64,000 nucleotides of DNA. It comes from an uncultured cyanobacterium (GTDB lineage Bacteria; Cyanobacteriota; Cyanobacteriia; PCC-9006; JAAUQQ01). The notes under the pieces were generated by a model. That model saw nothing but the letters and a program-made list of their open reading frames with translations. It was not told the DNA's origin and made no database searches. Below are positions 49,195-59,726 of this stretch, piece by piece (within the stretch, counting starts at the first letter, position 1; the number at the start of each line of letters is the position of its first letter). The DNA lies in NCBI GenBank assembly GCA_963718615.1, contig OY970368.1, positions 2,048,001 to 2,112,000 on the forward strand, given 5' to 3'. The translations under genes were made by a program, and so were the position numbers.

Positions 49195-49833
49195 ATGAAT
49201 GTCAAGTTGTATCTACTACGTCATGGTGAAACAACATTTAGCCAAACCGGCGGCTACTGTGGGGCTTTAGATGTAGAACTCACTTCCTTCGGTCAAGCCA
49301 TGGCTCAATCCTTTGCTGATGCCTATCAACATCTGAAGTGGGAAGCCATCTATTGCAGCCCAATGAAACGCACCCAAGCCACAGCGACTCCAATCGCCCA
49401 GGCAACAGGCTTGATTCCCCAACTGCGGGAGGGGCTGAAGGAAGGACACTTTGGTCAATGGGAAGGCAAAGAAAAAGAGGAGGTTCGACGCAACTTTGAG
49501 GAAGACTACTACCATTGGATGACAGAACCAGCCTGGAATGCTCCCACCGGGGGCGAGACCGCTGTGGAGGTGGCGAATCGGGCCATGGCTGTGATCGCAG
49601 AAATAAAGGAAAAACATACCGCTGGCAATGTACTGGTGGTCTCCCATAAGACGACTCTACGGGTGATTCTCTGTAGTTTGCTGGGGATTGATTTAGGACG
49701 ATATCGCGATCGCCTCGACTATCCCGCAGCCTCGCTGAGTGTGGTGAATTTTGGGCGGTATGGTCCGTTGCTGGAACGGATGGGCGATCGCACTCACATG
49801 CCCCCCGAATTGCTGGCACGGGAGGGCACATGA
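49195..49833 (+). CDS. Histidine phosphatase (phosphoglycerate mutase family)
   Basis: LLRHGET, SPMKR, VVSH. Confidence 0.9.
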   Translation: MNVKLYLLRHGETTFSQTGGYCGALDVELTSFGQAMAQSFADAYQHLKWEAIYCSPMKRTQATATPIAQATGLIPQLREGLKEGHFGQWEGKEKEEVRRNFEEDYYHWMTEPAWNAPTGGETAVEVANRAMAVIAEIKEKHTAGNVLVVSHKTTLRVILCSLLGIDLGRYRDRLDYPAASLSVVNFGRYGPLLERMGDRTHMPPELLAREGT

Positions 49834-51047
49834 ACATTCTGGTCCTGAACGCAGGGTCGAGCAGCCACAAAAGTTGTCTATACCAATTGTCTAGCAAACT
49901 ATTGCCACCTGAACCCCCCAAGCCCTTGTGGGAAGGATCAATCGATTGGACTCATCAACCTGGCCAAGCAGAGCTTCAGATTAGAACCGCAGCGGGATGT
50001 TCTATCACAAAAACGCTGCCAAGTGACGATGGCAAAGCTGTAATTCAGGATTTACTCAAAAGCTTATGGCAAGGAAATACCCAGGTTATTGCAAAGCCAA
50101 CTGAAGTCCATGGAATAGGCCACCGCGTGGTTCATGGCGGGCAAATCTACCGCGAAGCAGTGCGGATCGACGAAGCCGTCAAAGCAACGATTCGGGAGCT
50201 CATTCCCCTCGCACCGGCCCATAACCCTGTAAACCTAGAGAGCATCGAGATTAGCGAGACGCTGCTGGGGCCAGACATTCCGCAATTTGCTATCTTCGAC
50301 ACGGCTTTCCATAGCCATCTGCCGAAGGCTGCTGCGGTTTATCCCGGTCCCTATGACTGGGTTGCGCAGGGCATTCGCCGCTATGGGTTTCACGGCATTA
50401 GCCACGAGTATTGTGCCCATCGCGTTGCACAGTTGCTTGGCCAAGACTTGCATTCTCTGCGTTTGATTACCTGTCATCTGGGCAATGGCTGCTCTTTGGC
50501 GGCAATCCGCGAGGGTCGGAGTGTGGACACAACTATGGGATTTACGCCCTTGGAAGGGCTGATGATGGGCAGTCGTTCGGGGTCTGTGGATCCGGGGATT
50601 TTGCTGTATTTGATGCGGCAGCAGGGACTGAATGCGGATGATCTTGAGCGGTTGCTGAATAAACAGTCAGGGTTGCTGGGATTATCTGGGGTTTCTAATG
50701 ATCTGCGGGTGGTGAAGGAGGCGATCGCCCAAAACAACCCCCAAGCGCAATTGGCCTATGAGGTTTATATTCACCGCATTCGCAGCGGCGTTGGGGCGAT
50801 GTTGGCGAGTCTAGGCGGACTGGATGCGCTCGTGTTTACGGCGGGGGTGGGGGAGCATGATGGGGGGGTGCGATCGCAAGTTTGCGAGGCCTTTGGGTTT
50901 CTAGGATTGACGCTTGATGCGACGAAAAATCAGGGCAATCCTCAGGATGAGGATGTCGCTGTACCTGAGTCGCGGATTCGAGTGTTTGTCATTCAAACTC
51001 AGGAAGACTGGCAGATTGCGAAGACCTGCTGGGCAATGCTGGCCTAA
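49830..51047 (+). CDS. ackA: Acetate kinase
   Basis: LNAGSSS, GHRVVHGG, FDTAFH, RYGFHG, HLGNG, FTAGVGE. Confidence 0.95.
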   Translation: MNILVLNAGSSSHKSCLYQLSSKLLPPEPPKPLWEGSIDWTHQPGQAELQIRTAAGCSITKTLPSDDGKAVIQDLLKSLWQGNTQVIAKPTEVHGIGHRVVHGGQIYREAVRIDEAVKATIRELIPLAPAHNPVNLESIEISETLLGPDIPQFAIFDTAFHSHLPKAAAVYPGPYDWVAQGIRRYGFHGISHEYCAHRVAQLLGQDLHSLRLITCHLGNGCSLAAIREGRSVDTTMGFTPLEGLMMGSRSGSVDPGILLYLMRQQGLNADDLERLLNKQSGLLGLSGVSNDLRVVKEAIAQNNPQAQLAYEVYIHRIRSGVGAMLASLGGLDALVFTAGVGEHDGGVRSQVCEAFGFLGLTLDATKNQGNPQDEDVAVPESRIRVFVIQTQEDWQIAKTCWAMLA

Positions 51048-51190
51048 GCTTATGACCTCAGCTTGCGGTGAGTCAGTCTGTTCTATCAATAATGCTAAGT
51101 CTCGATCGTTGTATTAATCCAGCGCCTAGCTGGATCTCAACCGAAAAACCGTCATTTTTTTTGAGAAAACTTTAGATTTTATGAAATGGT

Positions 51191-51207
51191 CGGAAATGTT
51201 TTTTCCG
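51191..51207. promoter_or_regulatory. Inverted repeat upstream of the WYL gene (candidate autoregulatory operator)
   Basis: CGGAAA-N5-TTTCCG, 42 bp before the ATG. Confidence 0.5.
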
Positions 51208-51249
51208 GGTAGTTCTTTTAACATGGGTATTAATCTATGATTAAGACTT

Positions 51250-51923
51250 ATGACTCGACGATTAGAGCGTCTGTTGAGATTAGATGAGCTACTCAGAGAA
51301 CAAGGACGACAAACCGCAGAAACGCTGGCTGCGGAATTGGAGCGTACAGAGCGGACAATCCGTAGCGATATTGAATTCTTACGCAATCGCTATGGTGCAC
51401 CCATCCAATTCTCTCAGCAGAAAGGTTGGTACTATACTGACCCAGATTGGCGCTTGCCCACCGTTGCACTCACCCAGGGAGAGCTGTTTGCTTTGACACT
51501 TGGAGCACGAATGCTACGGACTTATGCTGGCTCCGCCTACGCCCAAGAACTAGAGGGGGCGATCGCCCAACTTGCCCAACGTCTGCCAGAGCAAACCTGG
51601 GTTGATCTTCAACAATTGGCTGAGCAGAATATGCTGTTCAGAACGGGGGCAGAGCTGGACCTGAATCCTGAAATCTGGCAGTGCTTGGAACAAGCTTGCC
51701 AGAAACGGAAACGGGTTTGGATGCGCTATGCAACTCCTGGTAAGCCAGTTTCGGAGCGAGAAGTCGATCCCTATCTTCTGCATATCTCCCAAGCTAATCC
51801 TTACATGACGGGCTGGTGTCATAAGCGGCAGGAGGTCCGGTGGTTCCGGGTTGATCGGATTCAAGCGGTGGAGCTCCAAAAGGAGCAATTTGAGATAGAT
51901 GCAGCTTTTGATCGGGAAGCACA
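51250..51923 (+). pseudogene. HTH-WYL transcriptional regulator truncated by IS3 (C-terminal WCX domain absent)
   Basis: N-terminal wHTH (ERTIRSDIEFLR), WYL (REVDPY, YMTGWC, FRVDRI); the ORF reads into the IS left end at 51924. Confidence 0.85.
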
Positions 51924-53198
51924 TGAAGTGACCCCCAAAACCTGAACAGAAGCGAGAGAGAGTAAGCTAAAGTCTAGGAGGCAAAAGGGTCATGGCAAAA
52001 AGACAGAGAAATTACAGCAGCGAGTTCAAGGCCAAGGTGGTACTGGAAATGGTCAGCGGCCAGCGGTCGCCGACGGAGGCAAGTCGAGCTCATAAGGTCC
52101 ATCTATCAGTGCTATGCCGGTGGAAGAATGAATTTCTCAAGCAGGCCCATCGAGCATTTGAAGGGAAAGAATCAAATGACGAAGCCTCAGAGAGAATAAG
52201 CGAATTAGAAAGAATGATAGGTCGATTGACAATGGAGCTGGAAGTGTCAAAAAAAGCTTCGGATGTGTGGAACCTGAGCGGAAACGGAAAATGATAGAGG
52301 AGTTCAAGGAAGACTATCCCATTCAAATTATTTGCGATGTGATTGGATACAGTCGAAGCCGATATTACTACAAGCCGAAGTCAGAGAAAGAAGATGAAGA
52401 CGAAAAGCTCAGAGTAGCGATTATCGAAGTTGCAGGAAGATATCCGACTTACGGTTACAGACGGATAACGAAACAACTTCAGCGAGAAGGATGGAGTGTC
52501 AACCATAAGCGAGTGAGTCGTCTGATGAGGCAGTTAGGTCTACTAGCTCAAAAGCGGGTGAGGCGGAAGCGAACGACGAACAGTGTGCATGGCTATCGGC
52601 GTTATCCAAATCTGGAGAAAGGGCTGTTGGTAATGCGTCCTGAGCAGGTGTGGGTGGCGGACATCACCTATATCCGCTTGAAGGAGGAGTTTGTCTATCT
52701 GGCAGTGGTGATGGATGTATTCACCCGCAGTATACGAGGATGGCACCTGGATAAGACAATGGAGAAGAGCTTGACGATAACAGCACTGGAGAAGGGATTG
52801 ATGAAAGCAATTCCCGAGATACATCATTCAGATCAAGGGGTGCAATATGCAGCGAATGACTATGTAAAAATGTTGGAAGAACACAACGTTAAGATTAGTA
52901 TGGCAGCTATCGGGAAAGCCTGGGAGAATGGATATGCGGAAAGATTAATGAGAACGATCAAAGAAGAGGAAGTAGACCTATCAGAATACCGAAACTTTAG
53001 TGAGGTCTATGAGCGAATAGAAGAGTTTCTAGAGGAAGTGTATATGAAGAAAAGAATCCACTCGTCATTGAGCTATTTGACACCGGCTGAATTTGAAGAA
53101 AAGTGGATGCGCGGGCAACAGAATGCAGAAGTGTGATAAAAGTAAAACAACTCTCGCTTAGGCCAGATCTTTCTGTCCAAAGGAAGGGGTTCACTTCA
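51924..53198 (+). mobile_element. IS3-family insertion sequence (1275 bp), orfA 51992-52294 and orfB 52267-53136
   Basis: TG...CA ends with IRs TGAAGTGACCCC / GGGGTTCACTTCA; A7 slippery site at 52249-52255 gives a -1 fusion; DDE motifs WVADITY, HHSDQG, AER; no target duplication. Confidence 0.95.
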
Positions 53199-53311
53199 GA
53201 TCTTAGATTGTCGTCTTGACCTGAGATTGCCGCTTCTCATTTCCTTTTGCCAATTCAGTGGGCTCCCCGCCTTCTAATTGTCGCGACAGGCAAATGTCTT
53301 GACACTTGATA

Positions 53312-53443
53312 GTCCAGAAATTCGGGGGGATGTTGCCAATCGATCAGTTTGGCGGTGTTGGGAAAAAAGAATTCGATCGCTTCTTGAAAATAGGTACGCA
53401 GCACAAACTTCCAAGGGCCATCTTGGGGATCGGACTGAACCAT
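53312..53443 (-). pseudogene. N-terminal fragment of a cyanobacterial Rpn/YadD-like protein
   Basis: DGPWK.VL..YF.EAIEFFFP.....IDW..PPEFLD, after which similarity stops abruptly. Confidence 0.6.
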
Positions 53444-53569
53444 TGCTCTCTGTCCCTGAGTAAGAGTTCGATTGTACTTCTTTTGGGGTACTCGCCAGTC
53501 AATTGAGGCGTGGCGTTTCTAGCTGTGCGTTCGGAATTAGCTAAGGTAAAAGCTAGGAGAATGTGCTTT

Positions 53570-53925
53570 CTGCGTGAATCTGCGTAGGCTTTTTGTTTGA
53601 AGATGGAATAAAGATACGGATGGAGTGGGTGAGTGATGGAGTAATGGTGTGATGGAGTCGTCACCCAATCACCCCGTCACCCAATCACCCCGATACTCAA
53701 CGACCCATGACCCAGACCCCTGAAACACAACTGAAAACTGCTGAGGCGCGGCTGGCGGAGGCTTTGGCGTTGCGGGAGGCTGGGGATTTGGTGGGGGCGG
53801 TGGGGCGGTTGCGGGAGCTGCTGGAGGAGGCTGGGTTTGTTCGGGGGTGGATGGAGTTGGGGCGGACGTTGCGGCGGTTGGGGGAGCGAGAGGGGGCTTT
53901 GGAGGCGTTTGGGGAGGCTGAGCGG
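53570..53925 (+). repeat. 356-bp near-identical repeat copy 1 (upstream region plus first ~73 codons of the TPR-GT gene)
   Basis: Matches 59368-59726; contains 8-bp GTGATGGA / TCACCC(A/C) repeats. Confidence 0.92.
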
Positions 53926-56751
53926 CTTGATTCAACGTATTTACCTAGCAAGATTGATTGTGCAGTCGAACTGCGCAAGCTTGGCCAACTTGATAGAGCT
54001 AAGGAAAAATTAAACGAAATCCTTAAGATCGAACCAGGTCAACCTATTGCTTTGTTTGAGCTTGGCGAAGTCTATAGATGTAAGAATGATCTAGATAAAG
54101 CGATCGCCCAATACGAAAAAACCTTAGAATCTGAGCCGGAGCATTTTTGGGCTTTTTTACAAGTTGCCCTATACAAAAAAGAACTAGATCGACTAGAAAC
54201 AGTGGAAGAACGATTAAAGAATGTTCTTAAAGAAGAGCCTAAGCACTTTCTTTCTCATGTACAGTTAGGCCTACTAGCTCGTCATCAAGATCAACATCTA
54301 AAAGCTCTACATTGGTTCCAGAAAGCTGCTCAATTAGCAAAATTTCCTGAAGAGTCTCTTCATGCTCAACTTAGTATTATTGAAGAACTACAGGTATTAG
54401 AACGGTTATCTGAAGCTTTAGTCTTAGCTAAGGAGATAAGTCAAACATATCCTGAGGAAGTCTATGCTAAAATCCTCTTAGGAAATACTTACCATCGCCA
54501 AAAGTTTTTTGATTTTGCAATAGGTGTGTATCAAGAAATTTTGGCAGATAAGCCAGATCATTTTGATGCTCAGATTGGGTTGAGCCGGAGCTTATTTGAA
54601 TTAGGTCAAGCTGAAGCAGCGTTGGATATTTTGACTCAGATTGAGAATGAGCAGAAAAACACTCTATCAGTTCAGCTATGGCAAGTTGAGATTCTTCATA
54701 GCTTAAGTTATTTAGACCAAGTTGAAGACAAACTCACTCAATTACTAGAACGGTTTCCAACTGAGTCTCGTATACTCATGCGGTTTGGCCATTTAGAGCG
54801 GCAGCGCGGGAGCCGAGGTAAAGCTTTGCGATGGTTTCGAAAAGCAGAGGAGCATGCTGGAGATATAGAACAAGTTTGGAGTGCCCAGCTTTTTGCAGTT
54901 GAGGAACTTCGTGATCTGAAGCATTTAGATGAAGCAATGGCTGAGATAAAACAACGACTTGAACTGCGGCCTCAGAATGCCTGGGGACATCTCATTTTGG
55001 CAAGTATTTACTACGAAAAATTGGATCTAAAGAAAGCCGCTGATATTTATCGTCGTTTATTGCAATATCATCCAAATCATCTAGAAGCTCAACTAGAGCT
55101 TGCTCAAATCTTAAGTGAAACTCAGCAGGTTTCAGAAGCGATTGAAAATCTTGAGAGACTTTTTCAATCTGGACGGCAAGACTTTCGTATTCTTATGAGT
55201 TTAGGTCAGCTTGCTCAGTCACAGAAAGATTGGGCGATCGCCCAAGAATGGTACGAGCTAGCTTGTCAAGCCTATCCTCAAAAACCTCAAGGTTACATTG
55301 AGTTGTCAGAGATTTTTTATCAGCAAGGCAAACTTCAGGATGCTATTACGATCCTGGAGGAAGCAGAGCAGAAAATACCCCATGCTCCAGAAGTACCAAT
55401 CAAGAAGGCTGACTTACAGTTATATCTGGGCTATCCAGAAGAAAATCTACTAATTCTTAAAAAGGCTTATGAGAAGTTTCCATATCACGGTCCAATCATT
55501 CTACGAATTTGTCGATCATATTTACAATTAGGTAGATTTGAGGACGTAGTGATGCTGCTTGACAGTATCAAGTTTGATGATGGACGTTGGCAAAAGGAAA
55601 TCGCTCAACTATTAGGGGAATTGGCGATGCGACAATTTCAGTTTGAGCGAGCAGCGTGGCATTATCGAGAGGCGATCGCATGCGCCCCTAGTCTTTCCTA
55701 TGAACATAATCAATTAGCCCAGGCGCTTTTGTTGCAAGTCAAGCCTGTGGAAGCTCATGAGCAACTATCTCTGGCCACAGATGAGTTGAAGCGAAAGAAG
55801 ATCCCAGGTCAGACAAGCATTCCGTTGAAGGACCATGTGGCAGTGTTGGTCAATCAGATGCGCATGAATCCAACGTTATTAGAAAAAGTTAAGCAGGCAG
55901 AGCATCAACAGGGGCAGGACCAACTACTGAGTCTAGCTGCAATTATTGTTCGCGAGCCTAGTTATTTAGGCGCTTCTCTTTGTCTAGCAAAGTGTTTGCG
56001 ACAGCAAAACAGTTTTAATGAGCTAAAACAAGCTTTGGGGCAAATTCAGATGAATGTGCCAACCATTCCCAAGCGGATCGTGCAGTTTTGGGATAGCCCA
56101 ACGCTACCACCAGAAGTGGAACAGGTTGCTCGAAGTTGGCTAGAAGTCAATCCTAGCTATGAATATGTACGATTTTCATTGAAAAACGCGATCGCCTTCC
56201 TTCGCAAACATTACGAACCTGATGTCCTCAAGGCATTTCAATACTGTGGTCATCCGGCAACGCAGGCAGATTTGTTTAGGTTAGCTTATCTTTATAGGAT
56301 GGGTGGATTTTACGCGGACGCGGACGATCGTTGCCAAAAGTCTCTTGATGATTTGGTGGCGTCCAATGCTGAGCTAGTCGTGTATCAAGAGGAGTACGCC
56401 TCAATCGGAAATAACTTCCTAGGTGCTGTTCCGAATCAACCGATGATTCGGATTGCGCTCTATCAAGCCGTGGCGAATCTACTGAGCTATACAACGGAAG
56501 GGCCTTGGTTTCAAACGGGTCCAGGATTGATGACTTGCTCGTTTTGTACAGGCTTGTTACCGTATCTGTCGCATCTAGACTATAGAATGTGGCCGCGAGT
56601 CATGGTGTTGAGCCAGGAAGAGTTACGGGAATATGTTTGGCCCCATGTCGCGTTACCCTACAAGCACACAGAGAAAAGCTGGTCTTATGCGGCCTATCAT
56701 CGGCGTCAGGAACGAAAAACTGTACCTTCGCGAGGAGCAATGTCGGAATAG
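53707..56751 (+). CDS. TPR-repeat protein with C-terminal GT32 (DxD, OCH1-like) glycosyltransferase
   Basis: About 700 aa of TPRs, then IPKRIVQFWD, QADLFRLAYL, GGFYADAD, TGPG. Confidence 0.88.
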   Translation: MTQTPETQLKTAEARLAEALALREAGDLVGAVGRLRELLEEAGFVRGWMELGRTLRRLGEREGALEAFGEAERLDSTYLPSKIDCAVELRKLGQLDRAKEKLNEILKIEPGQPIALFELGEVYRCKNDLDKAIAQYEKTLESEPEHFWAFLQVALYKKELDRLETVEERLKNVLKEEPKHFLSHVQLGLLARHQDQHLKALHWFQKAAQLAKFPEESLHAQLSIIEELQVLERLSEALVLAKEISQTYPEEVYAKILLGNTYHRQKFFDFAIGVYQEILADKPDHFDAQIGLSRSLFELGQAEAALDILTQIENEQKNTLSVQLWQVEILHSLSYLDQVEDKLTQLLERFPTESRILMRFGHLERQRGSRGKALRWFRKAEEHAGDIEQVWSAQLFAVEELRDLKHLDEAMAEIKQRLELRPQNAWGHLILASIYYEKLDLKKAADIYRRLLQYHPNHLEAQLELAQILSETQQVSEAIENLERLFQSGRQDFRILMSLGQLAQSQKDWAIAQEWYELACQAYPQKPQGYIELSEIFYQQGKLQDAITILEEAEQKIPHAPEVPIKKADLQLYLGYPEENLLILKKAYEKFPYHGPIILRICRSYLQLGRFEDVVMLLDSIKFDDGRWQKEIAQLLGELAMRQFQFERAAWHYREAIACAPSLSYEHNQLAQALLLQVKPVEAHEQLSLATDELKRKKIPGQTSIPLKDHVAVLVNQMRMNPTLLEKVKQAEHQQGQDQLLSLAAIIVREPSYLGASLCLAKCLRQQNSFNELKQALGQIQMNVPTIPKRIVQFWDSPTLPPEVEQVARSWLEVNPSYEYVRFSLKNAIAFLRKHYEPDVLKAFQYCGHPATQADLFRLAYLYRMGGFYADADDRCQKSLDDLVASNAELVVYQEEYASIGNNFLGAVPNQPMIRIALYQAVANLLSYTTEGPWFQTGPGLMTCSFCTGLLPYLSHLDYRMWPRVMVLSQEELREYVWPHVALPYKHTEKSWSYAAYHRRQERKTVPSRGAMSE

Positions 56752-56790
56752 GCTTGGTACAATGGTTATAGACGTCGTTGGGAGATCACG

Positions 56791-57507
56791 ATGGTTCAAA
56801 TTCCTTCCCGTACTTCTGCACAGAAACCAAGATTAGACCCATCCTCGGCACAGGATTCTGCGCTGTCTCAAGCCGCACCGGATTGGGATATGCTGGGGGA
56901 GGAGTGGCTGAGTGATGAACCGGAGTTGGAGTCTGATTTTCACCGAGAGCAAATTACGTTGTTGTTGCGGTTGATGCAATGGTATTGGCGCAACCGCAAT
57001 GATATCTATTGCTCTGGCAACACGACGGTGTATTATGACGAGTCTCAGAGAACAAATCGCAATTTTAAGGGTCCGGATGTCTTTGTAGTGCTGGGGGTAG
57101 ATCCGAGGTTGCGCAGTAGTTGGATGACTTGGTGTGAGGGGGGTCGGTATCCGAATGTAGTGATTGAGTTGCTGTCAGATTCGACAGCGAAGGTGGATCG
57201 CACGGAGAAGAAGGCGTTGTATCAGAATATTTGGCGATTGCCTGAGTACTTTTGGTTTCACCCGCGTACGTTGGAATTTAAGGGATTTCGGTTGATGGGT
57301 GGGCAGTATCAGGAACTTGAGGCGGATGAGCGAGGATATTTGTGGAGTGAGGAGTTGGGCCTGTCTTTGGGGTTATCTGGAGAAAGGTTGCGGTTATTTA
57401 CGCGGGAAGGGGCGCTGGTTTTGTTAGAGGAGGAAGAGGAGCGCTTGCGGTCGGAGCGGTTAGCGAAAAAGCTGCGGGAGCTGGGGGTGAATCCGGATGA
57501 GGTTTGA
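56791..57507 (+). CDS. Uma2 family protein with coiled-coil tail
   Basis: SDEPELES..H, GPDVFVVLG, PNVVIELLS.ST...DR..KK.LY, EYFWF.P, LRELGVNPD. Confidence 0.9.
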   Translation: MVQIPSRTSAQKPRLDPSSAQDSALSQAAPDWDMLGEEWLSDEPELESDFHREQITLLLRLMQWYWRNRNDIYCSGNTTVYYDESQRTNRNFKGPDVFVVLGVDPRLRSSWMTWCEGGRYPNVVIELLSDSTAKVDRTEKKALYQNIWRLPEYFWFHPRTLEFKGFRLMGGQYQELEADERGYLWSEELGLSLGLSGERLRLFTREGALVLLEEEEERLRSERLAKKLRELGVNPDEV

Positions 57508-57516
57508 AGGTTTTTC

Positions 57517-58375
57517 GGTAGTCCAATTATGTGGGTGCTGGAGAGAATGAAGCGGCATGAGCCTGCTTAAGGCGCAATTGCTGGTTGTAATGGTGAACGA
57601 AATTCCAGATCGCAGCCTCGTGGTTCTCTTGTTTCTTTGAAAACGAGAGAGCCTTTCGGACCAAGCGCGACACCCTTTGCCGCAGGGTGCAGTTGAACCT
57701 CTCGATGTAGCTCGTCAGCCCGCTTTCTTTCCCAACCGCTCGGTGGCGTTGGCTAGGAAGCACACAGGCATAGCTCTCCCAATAATCGGTGTAGATGACT
57801 GCACATTGGCGGTACACTCCCGGTAGAGACCGCCATAAAGCTTCGGCAGATTTAGCACTTCGGTCCCCGATATAAAGGCCAATGATTTCGCGAGTGTCCG
57901 CATCTAGAGCAATCCAAACCCACTGTTTATTTCCTTTATGGTCCACGAACGACCAGAGTTCGTCCATCTGGACCGTCAGAGCTTTTTTACTTTCTTCGTC
58001 ACTTCCACCTCCCGAGCAACGGTTTTAGCTTTGGCGTTGACGTAGGTCTGAATGCAGCTCTCGGAGCGCTGCATCACCCGAGCAATTCCAGCGATGGCCA
58101 GCCTTTCAAGCAATAAACGTTCGAGCAAGGCTATCTCTTCATCGCTCAAGGGAAGGGATTTCGGAGTCAGGACAAACCGGCGACGGCAATCTCGACATTT
58201 ATAGCTTTGAGTACCGCGATCGTTGAAGCCGTTACGGCTGATATCTTCAGATAGACAGTTAGGACAATGAATCAGCTCTTGAGTCATCGCAATTGGCACA
58301 GAAGGGTCTTACCCAGTTTGCTTTTTCTTTCTCTAATGGCCACAACATACTCATCCCCCAGCTAAAGGCACTACC
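57517..58375 (-). mobile_element. IS1-family element with InsA (57976-58299) and InsB (57527-57967) joined by a -1 frameshift
   Basis: GGTAGT...ACTACC ends; CPNC/CRDC zinc finger; A AAA AAG slippery site (57982-57988, minus strand); DELWSFV, YTDYW, IERFN. Confidence 0.92.
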
Positions 58376-58384
58376 GAAGTTTAT

Positions 58385-58753
58385 TTAAGCAGAGAGTACT
58401 TGATTTTCAGATACGGACTGAGACATTTGAAGTACTTTTTTAAGCCAATTCCCGATTTGGGTGATGAATTCCTGATTGCGAGAATTGTCGGTCAAGCAAT
58501 GATTAAGAGTCAGTTGCCAGCGGGCGAGTTGAACCTGCAATTCAACTAACTCAGCCGTAGTTTCAACGTCAAACTCACAGGCAGTCCACTCAATCAGGTA
58601 TTTACTTTCATAGAGGATGTTATCTATAAGAATGGAAGCTGCCGCTTCTTTGGCGAGAGTTCGAAGTCGGGCAAGATTCATGGCGAGATAGCCCAGTCGT
58701 TGCTCTGGGGGTTGAGCTAAATAGCAGGCTTTTATTTCTGACAAATCTCTCAT
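58385..58753 (-). CDS. Hypothetical helical protein coupled to the DUF5674 gene
   Basis: RLG.LA.NLARL...ESKY.IEWTA....LVELQ.QLARWQ; 4-nt overlap with the upstream gene. Confidence 0.7.
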   Translation of the reverse strand: MRDLSEIKACYLAQPPEQRLGYLAMNLARLRTLAKEAAASILIDNILYESKYLIEWTACEFDVETTAELVELQVQLARWQLTLNHCLTDNSRNQEFITQIGNWLKKVLQMSQSVSENQVLSA

Positions 58754-59085
58754 TGTTCTCCTAGTTTATCTTCTAAGATTTTCTTGACTTTTTCGCGAAT
58801 GATTGGATCAGAGATTTGCATTTCGCGATTGTTTTGACGGGGTTTAATATTAATTAGCGATTCGTAAGCGACTTCTTGCTTAAATGGGATCCAGTCTGCT
58901 CCCCAAATGTCCTTTTGCGAGCTGCCATCTTCAAGGAGCATGGCCTCACAGTCCGCATGGAGTTGTCCGCCACCTGCTAAAATTTTTCTCTCGGTATCTA
59001 CAGCGGTTTTGATATATACACCAAGGGCTTCCAGCATCTCTACTTGCTGCTCTGGTGTTGCGTGATCTCGGATGATGTGGATCAA
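58750..59085 (-). CDS. DUF5674 family protein
   Basis: YIK.AVD.E..ILAGGG.LHADCE..LLEDGS.Q.DIWGADW.P, ESLINIKPRQNN. Confidence 0.75.
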   Translation of the reverse strand: MIHIIRDHATPEQQVEMLEALGVYIKTAVDTERKILAGGGQLHADCEAMLLEDGSSQKDIWGADWIPFKQEVAYESLINIKPRQNNREMQISDPIIREKVKKILEDKLGEQ

Positions 59086-59367
59086 AGCTTGGATTAGCTG
59101 ATTTTAACCGATCTTAGCAGCTTCTTTGAAGGTGTGCGAGTGGTGATGTGTAAGAAATGGTTTGGGTCATGAAGTAATGATTGTGAGCTGAGTGTGGATG
59201 GGGCTTGAGATTGGGGGTCGGTTTGGCCGAAGGAGGTCTACTGAATTTTGCTGGTGTGGTAGTTGAGGAGAAGGGTGCTAATGATGAGGATGGCGAGAAG
59301 CTGGAGTTCTGGGGGCCAGAGGGTGATGATTCTGGTGGTGTAGAGAGCGCTGGGGGGTGTTGGGTGG

Positions 59368-59726
59368 CTGCGTGGATCTGCGTAAGCTTTTTGTTTGAAG
59401 ATGGAATAAAGATACGGATGGAGTGGGTGAGTGATGGAGTAATGGTGTGATGGGGTCGTCACCCAATCACACCGTCACCCAATCACCCTGATACTCAACG
59501 ACCCATGACCCAGACCCCTGAAACACAACTGAAGACTGCTGAGGCGCGGCTGGCGGCGGCTTTGGCGTTGCGGGAGGCGGGGGATTTGGGGGGGGCGGTG
59601 GGGCGGTTGCGGGAGCTGCTGGCTGAGGAGGGTGGGTTTGTGCGGGGGTGGATGGAGTTGGGGTGGACGTTGCGGCGGTTGGGGGAGCGAGAGGGGGCTT
59701 TGGAGGCGTTTGGGGAGGCTGAGCGG
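59368..59726 (+). repeat. Repeat copy 2 of the 53570-53925 segment
   Basis: Near-identical apart from scattered substitutions and one extra codon. Confidence 0.92.

Noticed and set aside
2000-51600. GCGATCGC recurring throughout as a novel repeat
   Set aside because: It is the well-known cyanobacterial HIP1. Its presence within the 26-43 kb island argues against very recent acquisition from a non-cyanobacterial donor.
53615-53695. CRISPR array near the WYL gene
   Set aside because: Only 8-bp-period short repeats with no unique spacers; no cas genes in the window.
53570-59726. Diversity-generating retroelement template/variable repeat pair
   Set aside because: No reverse transcriptase is present, the differences are not adenine-specific, and the repeat covers the promoter and N-terminus rather than a C-terminal variable region.
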